NCBI GenBank assembly: GCA_010015805.1 | Contig: ML978128.1 | Span: 1-64,000 of the forward strand | DNA from: Rhizodiscina lignyota | Taxonomy: Eukaryota | DNA: 64,000 bases | Direction: 5' to 3' | In this document: one piece after another, positions 59,863 to 64,000 of the stretch | How positions within the stretch are numbered: position 1 is the first letter of the stretch | Layout of the letters: each line of letters begins with the position of its first letter | Position numbers and translations under genes: made by a program | The notes under the pieces: model-generated | Told to the model about the DNA's origin: nothing | The model's input: only the letters and a program-made list of their open reading frames with translations | Database searches by the model: none

Positions 59863-60170
59863 GGTGAATATTGCTTAAGGTGAATTTGGCTTTGTGATTA
59901 TGTGTAAACGATCTTGATGAGGGGATGTCTTTGTGATTGTTTTGTGATGATAAGGAAGATAGGCAATTCGGTGTGGAGAAGACGGTTCCTATATACTTCG
60001 ACCTTTGTGATTCTAGATGATGCTCAATAGTGACCTTTACGGCCTACGCCGAGTTAATACACGCCTCCGACCGCGTCAGATACTGTCCCTAAATGTACGG
60101 CCGAGTAAGCGTTAGTCGGAGATAGGAAATCTCAAAATTTTCTGGACTTCGAACGTCTCCCGCCGAGACA

Positions 60171-60184
60171 TCGGAGGTCGCCGA
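60171..60184. promoter_or_regulatory. UaY (purine-catabolism Zn2Cys6 activator) binding site
   Basis: TCGGAGGTCGCCGA = TCGG-N6-CCGA, about 310 bp upstream of the xanA ATG; HGATAR sites nearby. Confidence 0.7.
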
Positions 60185-60333
60185 CGAGGCTTGCACGTGA
60201 CCGGTAACGAACATCGAACTTCAACTATTGGAGGAATAGCCTATCAATTTACCGTAGCATCAGCGGAGTAATACATAGTATTACACCTCTGGCAACACGA
60301 AACCGATGTCACTGGAGCAGAGAATCAATCACC

Positions 60334-61288
60334 ATGGCACCAGAGGTGCGACCTCCATCTCACCTCTCGAATCCGCTCGCCACTCTTGAGCAATTGTCGA
60401 CTTCAGGATCCCAACTCGATGGTATTTCAGCGGATCTTGAGACATCAATTCTCTTCGCCGGGGCAACATTGACTCAAGCTGCGGGGATACTGCTGCACTT
60501 ACCTCAGGACATCATTGCCTCTGCCATCGTCACGTATAGTCGATTTTGGGTTGGTGCTGAAGGCGGCAGTCTTCGCGAATATGGCGCCAAAGTAAGAACT
60601 CTATTCCCATCATCTGACAATGCCTCACAGTGCTTAGGATATATCTGCTGCATCGATCTATCTGACAGCCAAGCTCTCCGCATTTCCGAAGTCTCCACGG
60701 AGCGTGCTGAACGTCTATTCGTTCCTAGCCGCTGTTCCATCGACCTTCACGGACCTCGACAAGTTCTCCGAATTGGATTACGAAGAGTCATGCTACCTAT
60801 CCGAAGGCGCTTATCAGTCTCGGCGCAACCTGCTTACGAAAATGGAAACCATCATTCTCCGGGTTCTCGGCTTCCAAACGCATGTTGCATTGCCGTATGC
60901 TCTCTGCATCAACTATCTGCAAGCATTGGACGTGTTCAAAGGCCCTTCTGGGAAGGCCCTTGCATCAAAGGCTTTTGAGTATTTGAATGCATCTCTGTTA
61001 AACCCGCAACTACTCTACCTCACTCACCAGCCACCGGCACTTGCCACGTCTGCCATATATCTCGCTGCGCGGGAAATAGGCGTCAAGCTGCCTGAAGAGG
61101 AATGGTGGGAGGTATTCGACACCGATCGAGAAGAGCTTGGATTCCTGGTTGTGGCAATGCTAAGCATGGAGGGCTTTGTGGGGGAGGAGAAGGGTAAATG
61201 GGAGGGCGGCTCCGTGCCGCTCACTGTTGAGGGCGTGGAGAAAGAGATCGAGCGGCGGAATGGCGTAAATGGACACGACACCCTTTGA
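60334..61288 (+). CDS. Cyclin L-like protein; intron 60592-60637
   Basis: LSNPLATLEQL..S.SQLDG, LTQAAGILL.LPQ.IIA.AIV...RF, AK|DISAASIYLTAK, E..ILRVLGFQTHVALPY, LNASL..PQLLYLTHQP..LA.SAIYLAARE, WWEVFD.DREELGF. Confidence 0.88.
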
Positions 61289-61780
61289 TGATTTTCTTGC
61301 ACCAGACTTGACCTATTTGCAAATCATAATAGGCTTAACCTCCCAGGCTCAGAGATCAGCAAGCTCTGTCTTAGTGTCAGCCAGCTTAACACCACCTCAC
61401 TATGCAAGTCATTCAGCCTCTTCGTCCGAGAAGTATATTTTAACCATCACCAGACGCCCATTTGGCGGATGAATTGTCCGAAACATGTAAATTTTCAGAG
61501 GTTCGCGTGGACTCCACACGTGGGCCCCCCGACCACAACCAAACAGTAGCTCCGTTGGCGGGCATGATTCCGTCATATACTTACCTTTGTTCGAGTGCGT
61601 AAAGTTTTAGACATCGGTCCACACTACGGAAGTAGTCCAGGCTATAATCATACGTACTATCCACCGGGGGGCACCCTGTGTAAGTATACGCCCTTCTGAC
61701 TCGCACAACATTTGCAAAGTCAGCGACAGTAATATGTGTGCATTCTGCTCGTCATCGTAGGTATGGCTGATGACTGCCCA

Positions 61781-63619
61781 CTACAGGCTCGCTCTTTCCT
61801 CAAGCGTGAAAAGATTTCTACCTTTCTTTTCTGGGTCTCCTTTCACCCAGCCTTTCCGCCCGATGGGCTCTTTGGTTCTGCTTGTTAGCTCGGTCAATGT
61901 CCTCGCGTCGCCATGATTTGCCAGGAAGCGGTGACCGGATTTCGTCAGTCTTCCAATTATATATCCTCGTAACGGTGCTCCATCTCTATCGAACTCGACT
62001 GTATATGTCTAGATCGCATAAGCCCCAGATTGGTCCTCAAGGTTGCTTGCAAGTGCACTTACCTCGATCGTTGCTTCGCCATCTGGCGATAGCTCTATTT
62101 CTGGAGCTGTCACGTCCTCCACATGCGCTGGCAAAGGATTCTTGTCTGGATATGGCCCGTTCCTGCGAGGACTGGATGAGAGACAGATGATATGCTGGTA
62201 GGTGATGACGCCTCCATTCGCTAGCACAAGACCATTGCGACCTGCTCCCTTCCGAAGCTGGCGTACCATCTCTGTGAGAGACTGCATATCACTTAGTTCG
62301 AGATTGCGGCTTGTTGTATGTATGGAACTTACGTGCATGGAGTAGTTATTTCCTGCGCCTCCGAACGATGTCAAACCACCAAGTAATGTAATCGGCTTCT
62401 GTGGATCAGTGATAGATAGCCCGAGATGGTTGCAAGCCAGCTTCGGAACGATCGGAAAGCACCTGTATATGCAATGAGCCTGTATTCTGTAGGTAAACGT
62501 ATCGCGCTACGAACGAATAAAAATCGTGCAAGTCGATTTCGTCTTTTGTCAATCCAGACACGTCGAGGGCAGCATCTATTGATCTCGAAATGCATGGGGC
62601 ACTGTAGTAGTTCGGGCGCTCCCAGACTACATCCCTGATTAGCTCTCACATCCGGAACGAGGAAGTGCAAGCGGAATAGCTAACAGTTGGCTGAATCACT
62701 TGTACCGGCACCTCCCAGGGGATATATCCATTTCGATTCAGGAATACCAATCTGCCTGGCGTGCTCCGTCGATGTTAACAGACATGCGCCCGCGATATTT
62801 ACCGTGTTGAAAGCGTTCATTAAAAGAGGATCTGCTACCATGTCAGCTACCAATGCCATTCACATGGGCCCAACTGCACTCACAGGGGAAGCAAATCATT
62901 CTGTTCCTCTTTGTCACCTTGCTGATTGACTCTGCGGTTTCCGTAGGCTGACCATAGCTCCATGCATAAGGATTCTTCTCAGCCACTTTAGCAAAATCAC
63001 CGTAGAGCTTCCCCGATTCGCAATCGTTCTCCTGAATTGACTGTCCTCGATGTGCTCGGAATCCATTCTCGTAGAGAGGGTACACATGTATTGGCGCACC
63101 AATCGAATGTATCGCGCCCAGATTGGTGCCCAAGTCGCGAGCGGTGGGAGAGAAGACTCCTTTAACGTCCTCTTCCAACCTTGTCCACCCAGGCGGCGGC
63201 AGCTTCCCTGCCTTAGCGCATGCCGTCAAACTAGCAAGAGCTTCTCCGCCTATGAGTAAGGCGACCTTGCACTCCCCCTGAGCAACCCTTCTTGCAGCTT
63301 CGTCGAACAACTTCCCAGGTTGACTGCCGGCATGAGCACTTAATGACTTGTGCTTGATTGTTGAGTCCACCAAGAGCTTCTCTGCCAGTAGCCCTGGGAG
63401 GTCAGGATATGGCCAGGTCCATGATCGGACGACATCGATGCTGTCGATGGCCGCACGAAGCCGCTTTTGCTCTGAAACTTTGAGGCCGGTGTCACGGATC
63501 GCCAAGTTGATGGCCCGAAGCATCAAAGTCAGGGGTTCGATGGCATCTTCAACTTTGGTCGAGCGGTTTTTGAAGTCTCCTACTCCGACTACGATCGGTG
63601 TGGCTCTTTTGCCGGACAT
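61781..63619 (-). CDS. Thiolase-like protein (acetyl-CoA acetyltransferase-like, TLP1 type); 5 introns; apparent +1 frameshift at 61871-61874
   Basis: TPIVVGVGD, GGEALAS, PIHVYPLYENGFRA, NRMICFP|YPLLMNAFNTVN, DFYS|CFPIVPK, TLLGGLTSFGGAGNNYSMH, GLVLANGG, IE|TYTVEF, RFLANHGD. Confidence 0.85.
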
Positions 63620-64000
63620 TTTGTAGAGGTACTTTTGTGAATGTCAATGAGGGGGTTTGCATGTCACGATAAGTGTTTTGAATAGAGGCTTGGGTATGGA
63701 TGGATGAATACCACCGGAGACAAACTGAAAAAGTGAAAGGAACAGAAAAGAGCTTCTCAGTCTTTTCATGAAATGCGTTCAGTCATCATGCTTTTCGGAG
63801 TGATGTCGAGTGGAGGCAGCCGCTCAGATATGAGCTTCAACGCGCATTTGCCGAGGCAATCTTGCAACCCCTTTGCACGTCCGCCTTACCATCAGGCGAC
63901 GATGGGAATCGGGAAGGATACAGGAATCAGGCGTTTATTAAGTACACATCTCAGCTTGTTGACGAAGATGTAGGAGAGTGGAGTATATCTTTAAACACGT

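Noticed and set aside
61540..61605. tRNA-like A-box/B-box look-alikes (TAGCTCCGTTGG … GTTCGAGTGC)
   Set aside because: Both boxes are mismatched and no acceptor stem or cloverleaf could be formed
61577..61700. ATACTTACCT resembling the U1 snRNA 5' end
   Set aside because: No ATTGCAC loop or Sm site downstream; better explained as the complement of a splice donor

Overview
Gene-dense eukaryotic DNA from a filamentous ascomycete (Pezizomycotina). Introns are short, mostly GT-AG, with CTRAC/CTAAT branch sites. About 25 protein-coding genes can be supported. The conserved ones are BRF1, HGH1, MCM10, RNase H2 subunit B, an HMT1-type ABC half-transporter, DUO1, SSADH, galactokinase, DPM1, two transcription-type cyclins, an F-box/LRR protein, DEF1, HAC1/hacA, xanthine dioxygenase XanA and a thiolase-like protein. 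Interspersed accessory material includes a HET-domain gene, a local family of 'PYRGLP' F-box-like genes (one a pseudogene), a bacterial-type trans-aconitate methyltransferase, a frameshifted DUF6589-like relic and a decayed 165-bp/55-aa tandem-repeat gene. Highlights: (1) a 'hypothetical' gene at 22469-24075 that, once spliced, shows the ordered motif set of the Rum1/Sic1 CDK inhibitors; (2) a textbook 20-nt Ire1 intron and an overlapping uORF in HAC1; (3) a perfect UaY site upstream of xanA; (4) a PAM2-motif orphan protein. I could not support any rRNA, tRNA, CRISPR array or intact transposon. All identifications come from recalled motifs; no database search was run.
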